Positions 56,366 to 64,000 of a stretch of 64,000 nucleotides of DNA are shown in pieces. The notes under the pieces are model-generated. The model was not told the DNA's origin, made no database searches, and was given only the letters and a program-made list of their open reading frames with translations. Origin of the DNA: a virus; IMG/VR virus record IMGVR_UViG_3300032323_000739, positions 25,020 through 89,019 of that record; one strand, 5' to 3'. The stretch's first letter is position 1. Each line of letters opens with the position of its first letter. Made by a program: the position numbers and the translations under genes.

Positions 56366-57534
56366 GACTTTTTAGGTGCTTCGTAGTACGCATACTGTCC
56401 CCAGGGTGGAACAATACTTTCATTTCCGTGAATAACAAAGATTGTATCGCAATAATCTTCGTCACCCCAACTATCCCAAGGATAACCGTCTGTGAACATG
56501 ATGAACTTTTTAGGAACGATGTCATGCTCCTTCATGTATTCCCAATTACACATGAAGTCTGTACCACCACCGCCCATTAGTTCGTATTCGTTGATGGCAT
56601 CTGCACTGTAACCGTCAAAGTCTTGTTCGTTGTAAACACGAGTGTCAAAACACCAAACTTTAAGATTAAAGTCTTTAAACTCGTCCATGATTCCTTTAAT
56701 TTCGCCTAGGAAATCTGAACCCATAACGTCTGTAATAGAACCACTCATGTCAAGACTAACACAGATATCAATGGTAGTATCAAAGTTAGTGCCAGGTAGA
56801 ATAGCACCAGTCATTTGGCCTTTACGGCTAGGACGACTAAAACTAAAATCGTTTTTAATGGTACTTTGGATTTGCTGACGCAATAGTTCACGCCAGTTCA
56901 TCTTAGGCTCAGTCATTTCCTTAATCATACGAGCAATTTCGCCAGGAACATTACCTGCACCTGCGGCCTGTGCGGCCTGAATCATTGCTTCTTTGATTTC
57001 GTCACGAATCTTTTTAAGTTCGTCTTTGCTGTATTTTGGTTGACCATCTTTGCCACCGCCATCGCCGTCCAAATGTTCGTCTAAAAGTTCGCCAAGTTGT
57101 TTTAGTTGTTCTTCGTCGTACTTTGAATAAATTTCGTCATACACTTGTTCAGCACTCCACCCGTAATACTTAGGATCATGGAAAAACTTTACAGGAGGAT
57201 CTTCGCCGATACGCTCACGCTTCAAAAGACCGTTTACGCAGTAATCACAGGCAATGTTAAAAATTTGAGGATCTCGGCTTTCACGACGACTCATGTGATC
57301 ATAAACACAGTGTAAAATTTCGTGTGCTACAACAAACTCTACTTGCCGCGGATTAAGATTTTCAAAGAACTCTCGATTGTAATAAAAATTACGGAAATCG
57401 GTTGCGGCAGTAGGAAGCCAATCGCTGGCATCTACTAATTTCATTCTGGTAGCCATGTTGCCAAAAAACGGATGACGTAGCAACAGCCCTACACGAGCAA
57501 TAACAATTTTATCAACGATTGGATCTTGGTACAT
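56362..57534 (-). CDS. Metallopeptidase-like (HEXXH) plus VWA-domain protein (DUF2201-like)
   Basis: TAATD, AHEILH, NIACD; MIDAS motif DMSGS; GGGGTDF; FTDG. Confidence 0.85.
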   Translation of the reverse strand: MYQDPIVDKIVIARVGLLLRHPFFGNMATRMKLVDASDWLPTAATDFRNFYYNREFFENLNPRQVEFVVAHEILHCVYDHMSRRESRDPQIFNIACDYCVNGLLKRERIGEDPPVKFFHDPKYYGWSAEQVYDEIYSKYDEEQLKQLGELLDEHLDGDGGGKDGQPKYSKDELKKIRDEIKEAMIQAAQAAGAGNVPGEIARMIKEMTEPKMNWRELLRQQIQSTIKNDFSFSRPSRKGQMTGAILPGTNFDTTIDICVSLDMSGSITDVMGSDFLGEIKGIMDEFKDFNLKVWCFDTRVYNEQDFDGYSADAINEYELMGGGGTDFMCNWEYMKEHDIVPKKFIMFTDGYPWDSWGDEDYCDTIFVIHGNESIVPPWGQYAYYEAPKKS

Positions 57535-57558
57535 ATCTGCTCCTTAACTTATGTATAT

Positions 57559-57587
57559 ATTATATGCTCTCTCAACGATTTTGTCAA
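57559..57587 (-). promoter_or_regulatory. sigma70-type promoter
   Basis: TTGACA-17-TATAAT on the minus strand; SD AAGGAG before ATG 57534. Confidence 0.85.
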
Positions 57588-57613
57588 GAGAAAGGCGCAT
57601 CTCTGCGCCTTTT
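57586..57613 (-). terminator. Intrinsic terminator after the MoxR gene
   Basis: AAAGGCGCA-GAGA-TGCGCCTTT hairpin followed by a pyrimidine run. Confidence 0.7.
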
Positions 57614-57618
57614 GAATC

Positions 57619-58713
57619 TTAGTTCTTGTGCTGAGCAGCCGCAATGTACTTGCCAAATTTGTCGTGAAACTCGTCAAAGCAGTCAATTTCGTCTGGATCC
57701 AACGGAAGTTGATATTGGGTAAGAGCAAGTTTGGTGCCCATAACTACCAATTCAGTTTCAAAATTGTCCATCATAAAACGGAAGAAATGATTAACTTTTT
57801 CGTTAAACTTCTTATCGTTTTTGTCAGATGAGTCTTTAAGCTCGTAGCACAGAGATACAGTTAGTGAGTACATGGCTGAGATCTCTTTGGTATCCATCTT
57901 TTTAACTTTACCTGCTAGGATGTCCTCAGGTTTTGGCATCTTACTGGCAATCTTGCGATGAGCCATAAACTTAACAGCCAATCCTTCGCCGACGGCACCG
58001 GACACTAGATCCATAAGAACTGTTTCGTCAGTATCGTCGTCTTCTAGCAGTTCAGATACAAAACTCCAAGAACGGGGAGTAGCAAAACTACGACTTGCAG
58101 ATTTTGGATCAAAGTCGTACAAATCTTTTTTGGCAAACGTGCAGTAACCAACTACGTCTCTGTGAACACGATTATCGGTAGCCCATTGTGACCAGTCGTC
58201 AAAGTCCACACGCATTTCCAAATGTAGGAAACGATTAGCCAACGGAGCAGGCATACGATATGTTACACCTTTATCTGCTTCTCTGTTACCAGCGGCAACG
58301 ATTAGAACATTATCTGGCAGATGATACTGACCCACACGACGATTCAAAATAAGTTGATAAGCCGCCGCTTGTACACTGGGTGCGGCACTGTTCATTTCGT
58401 CAAGGAACAAAATGACATTTGGAAATTGACTAGCAAATTCGTTGTTGGGCAGTTCGGAAGGAGCACCCCAAACCATAGTACCTGAGTTGCTGTCAAAATA
58501 AGGAATACCCTTAATATCAGTAGGTTCCCAAAGACTCAAACGAATGTCAATTACATGAGCCGACATTTCTGCACCAATTTGGTGAATAATATCAGACTTG
58601 CCAATTCCTGGGGGACCCCAAAGGAAAATTGGACGCTGTTTCTTAAATGCCTTACGGATAGCGTTTTTAGCACCATTAGGACTGACTTGACGATTGATAA
58701 TTTCTGCTGCCAT
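57619..58713 (-). CDS. MoxR-like AAA+ ATPase
   Basis: WGPPGIGKS, LFLDEMN, AAGNR, PLANRF, TPRSW. Confidence 0.9.
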   Translation of the reverse strand: MAAEIINRQVSPNGAKNAIRKAFKKQRPIFLWGPPGIGKSDIIHQIGAEMSAHVIDIRLSLWEPTDIKGIPYFDSNSGTMVWGAPSELPNNEFASQFPNVILFLDEMNSAAPSVQAAAYQLILNRRVGQYHLPDNVLIVAAGNREADKGVTYRMPAPLANRFLHLEMRVDFDDWSQWATDNRVHRDVVGYCTFAKKDLYDFDPKSASRSFATPRSWSFVSELLEDDDTDETVLMDLVSGAVGEGLAVKFMAHRKIASKMPKPEDILAGKVKKMDTKEISAMYSLTVSLCYELKDSSDKNDKKFNEKVNHFFRFMMDNFETELVVMGTKLALTQYQLPLDPDEIDCFDEFHDKFGKYIAAAQHKN

Positions 58714-58753
58714 TATTGCTCCTTAAAAGTTGAATCAGTTTCGCAGTATCATT

Positions 58754-58782
58754 AGTATAGTTTCGCTCCTATACTTTGTCAA
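58754..58782 (-). promoter_or_regulatory. sigma70-type promoter
   Basis: TTGACA-17-TATACT on the minus strand upstream of the MoxR gene. Confidence 0.8.
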
Positions 58783-58826
58783 CTTCAGATTGTATGTTTG
58801 GCTAAATGTGGGTTTTTAACAACAGT

Positions 58827-59216
58827 TTATTCTTCGTTTTGAGCTTTTCGTTTCATGGCTTTTATCAAACCATATCTGTGAACATCGCCTGCAAATAAGT
58901 GAAGTTCGAAATTTTTACGTTCGCTGAGAACTGTTATAGATTCTTCACTAAGATGATACGGACAATCGATAAACTTGTCCAAAAACAGTATAACTTCTGG
59001 TTTTAGATCTAAACTTAAAGGAAATGGAACTTCGTAGACTCTTAAGTCCAAATTATTTTTAACAAAGTCTAACCCTTCGTCAGTAAGGCGCAACCCGCCT
59101 TCTTTTTTAAGTCTAGTATTTTTCCACCACTTACGAAGATGTATTTTTACATTTTCTTCAGTAACAGATTGTTCGGCAGATTTTAAGAAAATTCGTGTAT
59201 ATGTTTCTTGGTTCAT
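58827..59216 (-). CDS. Hypothetical protein
   Basis: 129 aa; GGLRLTDEG. Confidence 0.6.
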   Translation of the reverse strand: MNQETYTRIFLKSAEQSVTEENVKIHLRKWWKNTRLKKEGGLRLTDEGLDFVKNNLDLRVYEVPFPLSLDLKPEVILFLDKFIDCPYHLSEESITVLSERKNFELHLFAGDVHRYGLIKAMKRKAQNEE

Positions 59217-59497
59217 TTCACTTCTTCACCTTGCGTCAATTTTACAACCGCAAAGTCTTTAGTATTGAACATGGTGTTTAGTTTTTTTGCCAAGTTGTGT
59301 GCATGGCCAGGATTGGAGAAACTTACTTTTTTATACTTACTGCCAGCATAGCCGCCTAGGCTATTTTGACTTTTTAAGTTAAAAGGACGACCTTTAAAGA
59401 ACACAGCCCAAATGGCCTCTGCTTCTAATATTTGATCGCTTTTAAATGTTTTTTTGTTTATGTTTTCTAGTACTACATTTGGTTTTGGACGGCTCAT
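59213..59497 (-). CDS. Hypothetical basic protein
   Basis: MSRPKP...YKKVSFSNPGHA.NLAKKLN; TAAATA box on the minus strand at 59529-59524. Confidence 0.65.
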   Translation of the reverse strand: MSRPKPNVVLENINKKTFKSDQILEAEAIWAVFFKGRPFNLKSQNSLGGYAGSKYKKVSFSNPGHAHNLAKKLNTMFNTKDFAVVKLTQGEEVK

Positions 59498-59540
59498 ATA
59501 CACATATCTCCAATATATGCGTATATTTAGCCCAACTAGG

Positions 59541-59786
59541 TTAGTTTTTGTCCCAACTACCGCCGTCCATTTTTACCTGTACTTCTGGTTCATTACTAGA
59601 GGTTTTTTGTATTAAACCTTCGTAATTACCTGCTAGTCGTGTCATTACTAAGGCTAATGTGTGACTAAGATTTTTAGCAGTAACAATGTCTAGTTTAATC
59701 TCTCGCTGGTTGCTATTTTCGGCACCTTTGACTTGATTAATAAATTGTTGTATAGCAGTGGTATTAATTAAATTATTTTGAGACAT
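59541..59786 (-). CDS. Hypothetical protein
   Basis: 81 aa. Confidence 0.6.
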   Translation of the reverse strand: MSQNNLINTTAIQQFINQVKGAENSNQREIKLDIVTAKNLSHTLALVMTRLAGNYEGLIQKTSSNEPEVQVKMDGGSWDKN

Positions 59787-60246
59787 TGGATAACCTCTGT
59801 TTCATTTCTAACTCTGTTCTAAATGGTCCTTCATATACATTTCTTTCAATAGTAATTAATTTAGGACAAAAACTTTTTACCCACCCTTTATTAAACTTAA
59901 TAATATAGTATCCTGCACAATAAACTGATTTTGATTTTCCGCTTTTTGTAAATAACGGAAGATTGCGTCTTACATCAAACATTGGATTGTGTGGTTCGCT
60001 ACTTGCTGGATAACTGTGTACTTCTTTTTCGATGTTTTGTTTAACTTCAAACGATTTGGTTACAAAGAAATCTTTTCCAAAAGTTTCAAATAGTTTTTTC
60101 TTATTGTCGAACGTAGTAATTTTATCTTTACTACTAAAGACATATTTTTTTTGTTCAGTGACTTTAAGAATTCCAACTTTATTTCCGTGATCTTCGACGA
60201 TCCAGAATTTACCATCTACAATGGGTTTAGCATGTAATTCATTCAT
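59773..60246 (-). CDS. Hypothetical protein
   Basis: 157 aa; ATGA coupling to the upstream nuclease gene. Confidence 0.6.
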   Translation of the reverse strand: MNELHAKPIVDGKFWIVEDHGNKVGILKVTEQKKYVFSSKDKITTFDNKKKLFETFGKDFFVTKSFEVKQNIEKEVHSYPASSEPHNPMFDVRRNLPLFTKSGKSKSVYCAGYYIIKFNKGWVKSFCPKLITIERNVYEGPFRTELEMKQRLSNVSK

Positions 60247-61211
60247 TTATGATACCTCGCATTTAATGGTTCGGCATATTGTTGTGCCTGTTCAGAAATT
60301 TTCTTAAGATCATATAGTTGGCAAAATTTAAGTAAACGAATACCAACTTGACTAACACTTTTTTCTTTATCAATATTTTCTTTAATAGTGCCAAATATTT
60401 TTTCTTTAATATCGTCTGGTTGTTGTGTAAGGTCAATCAATCTACGATTACGTTCGTAATCCTCTAGTACACGATGTTCTTCGCCATTATGATCGACCCA
60501 ACGTTGTAGCATGAGATTGTTCCATGCAAATCCTTTATTTTGTCTATCTCGAAACGCTTCTTCTAATTTGTTTTTACGAACTTTTGGATATGCAGAAAAT
60601 ACGTTGTCACTGCTGTCTCCACGAATACATTTTTCAAACAATAGCCACTGCGGATCTGGAATAGCCTTAGGCTCTTTAGTTTTAGTATCTAAAACACGAT
60701 TTCCTTTTTTATCAAAAATACCTTCATGTGTAATGTGATGTTCCATTACACCATTATACTGGCTTACATTAGGTGCAATAAGTTGAACAAAGTCGCTGTC
60801 AGTACTGATAATAACGTGCTTTGAGTCAGGATGACTTTGAATCCAGCCAGCAATTAAGTCATCGGCTTCTAATTGAGGATTCTGTAGTACAGTACAGTTA
60901 GTCTTTTCTGCAATAAAATCTTTGAACATGTCAAAACTTTCCCAGAACAATTGATCCTCTTCTTGTTCTTTAGGCGTCAGAGCCGCACGAGCATCACTGC
61001 GATTTCGTTTATACGGTTCGTAGTAATCCTTACGCCAACTACGACCTTCAAGACAAAATACTACGTGACTACCTTCAAAGTCCTGCCATGCTTTTTTGAT
61101 ACTGTTTAGTGTGATATGAAATGCCATGCCAAGTTTAATATCAGCATCGCCCTTAATTACATGTCTAGCACGGAAAAATGTGTTAGCAGTATCAACTAGA
61201 ATATATGTCAT
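60243..61211 (-). CDS. rnh: T4 RNase H-like 5'-3' exonuclease/flap nuclease
   Basis: ILVDTAN, WRK..Y..YK.NR, LEADDLI, ISTDSDFVQL, RGDSSDNV. Confidence 0.9.
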   Translation of the reverse strand: MTYILVDTANTFFRARHVIKGDADIKLGMAFHITLNSIKKAWQDFEGSHVVFCLEGRSWRKDYYEPYKRNRSDARAALTPKEQEEDQLFWESFDMFKDFIAEKTNCTVLQNPQLEADDLIAGWIQSHPDSKHVIISTDSDFVQLIAPNVSQYNGVMEHHITHEGIFDKKGNRVLDTKTKEPKAIPDPQWLLFEKCIRGDSSDNVFSAYPKVRKNKLEEAFRDRQNKGFAWNNLMLQRWVDHNGEEHRVLEDYERNRRLIDLTQQPDDIKEKIFGTIKENIDKEKSVSQVGIRLLKFCQLYDLKKISEQAQQYAEPLNARYHK

Positions 61212-61639
61212 GAAACTTCCGATTTACCTTCAGCAATTTTCTTAACATTGATAAAACCGGCACCTCGGTCTGTCATATCAATGCCTTCTTCGCCGGCTAT
61301 GTCTCTACACAAAGTCCTAAACCAACGATCTACTATTTCTTCGTCTGGATCACCGTCAAAACCATAACCTTCTTGCTTTAATTGTAACACAAACTGATCG
61401 TTCCAGTCAAGTTCAAAAAACCCGTTACGTAGATTTTCTTTATTGACGTGAGTTTCTAGCACACCAACATAGGGTTCTCCTCGAGCAGTGGCACGCTCTT
61501 TTGGAGTCATTAATGCTTCTTCTGCCGCACGTTTAGCATCCTCTGCTATTTTTAATGCTTCTTCTGCCGCTTGTTTGGCTTCTTGTTTGGCTTGCTCCAA
61601 CTTATCAATACCAAATACTCGTTTAATAATGTTTTTCAT
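61208..61639 (-). CDS. Hypothetical protein
   Basis: 143 aa; N-terminal coiled coil; FFELDWN. Confidence 0.6.
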   Translation of the reverse strand: MKNIIKRVFGIDKLEQAKQEAKQAAEEALKIAEDAKRAAEEALMTPKERATARGEPYVGVLETHVNKENLRNGFFELDWNDQFVLQLKQEGYGFDGDPDEEIVDRWFRTLCRDIAGEEGIDMTDRGAGFINVKKIAEGKSEVS

Positions 61640-62499
61640 TATGTACCCCACTCATTTTTAAATAAAGGTACTTGTAAACGATCTGAATAACGTAAACCGT
61701 TTTTCATTGCGAATTCTGCCACTCGACGATTGTTTAGTGTATATACACTTTCAACACCGCCAACGGGCATCAAATAACAAGGACCTGTAAATCCTTCTGC
61801 ACGATAGATATCTAAAGTTTCTAATGCTTCTTCTGCGTCTTCTTCTGTAGCAATTACAAATTTAAGATATGTATATCCTACTTCCTGATAAGAACATACT
61901 ACGTCTGGCTTAATAGCATCTGCTCGACTTTCACCACTGCAACTAAGTTTAGCACTAACACTAAATGTTACTTCGTGAGTTTTAGGCATACCCAACGGAG
62001 GTTGTTGCCATGCAATTAAAAAGTCTTTAAAACTACAATGTAGTTCTTGAGTACCGTTAGTTTCAAATGTAATTTCTTTTAACCCACGCATGCGAGGGTC
62101 GCTAATTAATGCTTCGTACTCTCGTTGCCAACCTAGCAAAGGTTCGCCGCCTGTAATAACCAAATGTTCATCTTCCCAACGCTTGTTAGGCAGTACTGCT
62201 AATGTTTTGTCTATGATTTCATCAACAGTATAAAACGGACTTAGATGTTTAAAGGAGGGATGCCAACTGGCATAACTATCGCAACCTGTGCTAACTAATG
62301 GCAGCTCTTCGTAACTTTTATAGAGATGAACATTAGCGGCGATCGGTTCTACTTCTGTAGTGTTTGCACCTTTAGGCATACCAAACCCGGCACATTTAAA
62401 ATTACAGCCAAAAGTACGCATAAACACAGATGGGACGCCCATGTAGCGTCCTTCACCTTGAATACTGTAAAATAATTCAGCAAGTTTAATTTGACTCAT
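61639..62499 (-). CDS. queE: 7-carboxy-7-deazaguanine synthase (radical SAM)
   Basis: ELFYSIQGEG..MG.PSVF.R..GCNFKC...GCDS, ITGGEPLL, ETNGT, RLQV; folE nearby. Confidence 0.85.
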   Translation of the reverse strand: MSQIKLAELFYSIQGEGRYMGVPSVFMRTFGCNFKCAGFGMPKGANTTEVEPIAANVHLYKSYEELPLVSTGCDSYASWHPSFKHLSPFYTVDEIIDKTLAVLPNKRWEDEHLVITGGEPLLGWQREYEALISDPRMRGLKEITFETNGTQELHCSFKDFLIAWQQPPLGMPKTHEVTFSVSAKLSCSGESRADAIKPDVVCSYQEVGYTYLKFVIATEEDAEEALETLDIYRAEGFTGPCYLMPVGGVESVYTLNNRRVAEFAMKNGLRYSDRLQVPLFKNEWGT

Positions 62500-62774
62500 T
62501 GTTTTAATATTTCCATTGTTGCGATTTTAGCAATACGATCGCCAAAATCTTGATCATTGGTAATGATATAGGTTTGGTTAAAGTTTCTGTCTTTCTGACG
62601 ATCGTAATGTCTAAACTCAACAATTTTTCCACCTACAGCACTATAGACTTTAAAGTTTAACACAGGATCGCTTTCAACACAATCTTCTGAAGCTCGAATT
62701 TTTCCAATAGATACACATTCTAGCGTGTCTTCTTCTTGAAGCCAATTGCGTAATTTTCTTTTAAGCCAACTCAT
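62496..62774 (-). CDS. Hypothetical protein
   Basis: Coupled ORF in the minus-strand run. Confidence 0.55.
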   Translation of the reverse strand: MSWLKRKLRNWLQEEDTLECVSIGKIRASEDCVESDPVLNFKVYSAVGGKIVEFRHYDRQKDRNFNQTYIITNDQDFGDRIAKIATMEILKQ

Positions 62775-62986
62775 ACACGATCCTTTAACCAAGCGTCAAC
62801 TTGTGCCTCTGCTTCTTCTTGAGTAACTGCATAAGCATAAATCCAATAACAGTCATCTTTACCTTTAATGTCAAACGGCACAGTCCCGCCAAACATTATT
62901 CCGTTTTCTAAAAATCTTTTAACTTCGAATTTTTTTAGATTTTTAGCACGATTGATTAAATCGTTAGCCATATCTACAGAGTTCAT
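62771..62986 (-). CDS. Hypothetical protein
   Basis: 71 aa; SD GGAGG. Confidence 0.55.
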   Translation of the reverse strand: MNSVDMANDLINRAKNLKKFEVKRFLENGIMFGGTVPFDIKGKDDCYWIYAYAVTQEEAEAQVDAWLKDRV

Positions 62987-63474
62987 TCTTCCTCCTTAAA
63001 CTCTACACAGTTACCATCTTCATCTGCTACAACAATCTTTACTTGATTGCCGTCTTCGTCTTCAATAACAATAGGACCCCATATCCAACATTGATTGTCG
63101 TTTTGCAACCAACCTTGGTCTTCTAATGCATATGCGCCTTCATCTTCAACAAGTGATTCTAGTTCGGCACGTTCATCTTCGTCTAAGTCTTCGGGCCAAT
63201 CAAATTCTTCCCAACAACCGTCAAATGTTTCAATAAGTTCAACATCTTCGATATTTGGGCCAGGAAAGTTATATACATCGATGCTGTCTTTAGCACCATC
63301 GCCGCCCGGAACATAGTCAAATTCAAATTCAGGGGGTTTATCGTCAGAAGTAGTAACATACCAACTTCCTGAACGCCATCCTGTTCTATGAATAATTGTC
63401 AAACCGTCTTTGCTAAAATGCTCGTGTTCTTCAATAGATTTTTTGTAGTAATTTCGAATTTTCCAAGTAGCCAT
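62983..63474 (-). CDS. Acidic hypothetical protein
   Basis: 163 aa; Asp/Glu/Trp-rich. Confidence 0.6.
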   Translation of the reverse strand: MATWKIRNYYKKSIEEHEHFSKDGLTIIHRTGWRSGSWYVTTSDDKPPEFEFDYVPGGDGAKDSIDVYNFPGPNIEDVELIETFDGCWEEFDWPEDLDEDERAELESLVEDEGAYALEDQGWLQNDNQCWIWGPIVIEDEDGNQVKIVVADEDGNCVEFKEEE

Positions 63475-63659
63475 TATTTTGCCCTTCCACTAGTGCAACT
63501 ATCGTTCCAAAGTTCCTGAGCTTGCATTCTGTATTCGTACAATTCTTTTTCTGCTTTGTACTCTTCTTCTGTAAAACGGTGCCAGCCGATACAATCACCA
63601 GTGGGACTACGTCCGCACCCACAAGTACCTTTTTTCATATTTTCTACTTTCGGTGTCAT
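63474..63659 (-). CDS. Small CDGSH-like (3Cys-1His) iron-sulfur protein
   Basis: CGCGRSPTGDCIGWH; ATG at 63659 after an AAGGA SD, just past the folE stop. Confidence 0.55.
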   Translation of the reverse strand: MTPKVENMKKGTCGCGRSPTGDCIGWHRFTEEEYKAEKELYEYRMQAQELWNDSCTSGRAK

Positions 63660-63669
63660 GTATGTTTCC

Positions 63670-63999
63670 TTATCTTGGAGCAAAGTCTTGCTGTAGTTTA
63701 ATATTATCAAAGAATTCTTTCTTTGTACTTTGATCATCTTTGAACGCACCTTTTAGCACTGTAGTCTGTGTTAAACTAGAATGTGCCATAATACCACGAT
63801 TTTCACAGCAACCGTGTGTGGCCTGGATATAAACACCTACATCTTTAGCACCAGTGGCTTTGGCAATTTCTCTAGCAATATCATTAGCCAGTTCTTCTTG
63901 CAGTGTACCACGTCTAGCACACCACTGAGCAATACGAGTATACTTACTGAGACCGATTAATTTTTCTGCCGCAATAATACCAATATAAGCAACTCCAGC
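63670..63999 (-). CDS. folE: GTP cyclohydrolase I, C-terminal part (5'-truncated; absent from the ORF track)
   Basis: Manual translation: AGVAYIGIIAAEKLIGLSKYTRIAQWCARRGTLQEELANDIA...IQATHGCCENRGI...TTVLKGAF...FAPR*; stop at 63672-63670. Confidence 0.9.
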   Translation of the reverse strand, partial: AGVAYIGIIAAEKLIGLSKYTRIAQWCARRGTLQEELANDIAREIAKATGAKDVGVYIQATHGCCENRGIMAHSSLTQTTVLKGAFKDDQSTKKEFFDNIKLQQDFAPR

Positions 64000-64000
64000 A

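Noticed and set aside
61511-61570. 18-nt direct repeat TAATGCTTCTTCTGCCGC
   Set aside because: Encodes a duplicated AAEEAL coiled-coil segment within a CDS; only two copies.
63660-63749. N-terminal extension of ORF 63474..63749
   Set aside because: Overlaps the folE C-terminus in another frame; the real start is probably 63659.
1-64000. Stop-codon reassignment, introns/inteins, tRNAs, CRISPR arrays, IS elements
   Set aside because: Standard-code ORFs tile the window with tiny gaps; no repeat-spacer array, cloverleaf, transposase or intein-like insertion was recognisable by eye.

Overview
AT-rich, gene-dense segment of a large tailed dsDNA phage genome (standard genetic code; no tRNA, rRNA, CRISPR or IS seen). 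It has three parts. (1) 1-6506: tandem, related tail-fibre/baseplate-type virion proteins. (2) 6572-53567: an unbroken ~47 kb block of ~55 genes, mostly small-molecule/glycan enzymes: 10 radical SAM enzymes, 7 Fe/2OG-type oxygenases, ~10 glycosyltransferase-like proteins, 4 SGNH proteins, 2 amidinotransferases, 2 PLP enzymes, a sulfotransferase with an APS kinase-nucleotidyltransferase fusion, GNATs, a methyltransferase, a QueC-like ATPase, and a sub-operon with a RuBisCO-like protein plus a 2-epi-5-epi-valiolone synthase-type cyclase. (3) 53545-64000 (minus strand): thyA, DHFR, VWA/metallopeptidase and MoxR ATPase, T4-like RNase H, QueE and a partial FolE. The strongest candidate for a new system is a phage-encoded C7-cyclitol/aminocyclitol (pseudo-sugar) biosynthetic cluster with guanidino, sulfate, acyl and possibly chloro tailoring (an Fe/2OG enzyme has the halogenase-type HxG motif). 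Its product may decorate the adjacent virion proteins. Two promoter classes are visible: near-consensus sigma70 promoters, and a T4-late-like TAA(A/G)TA box often 4-6 nt before an ATG. Family names come from motif recognition by eye, not from database searches.
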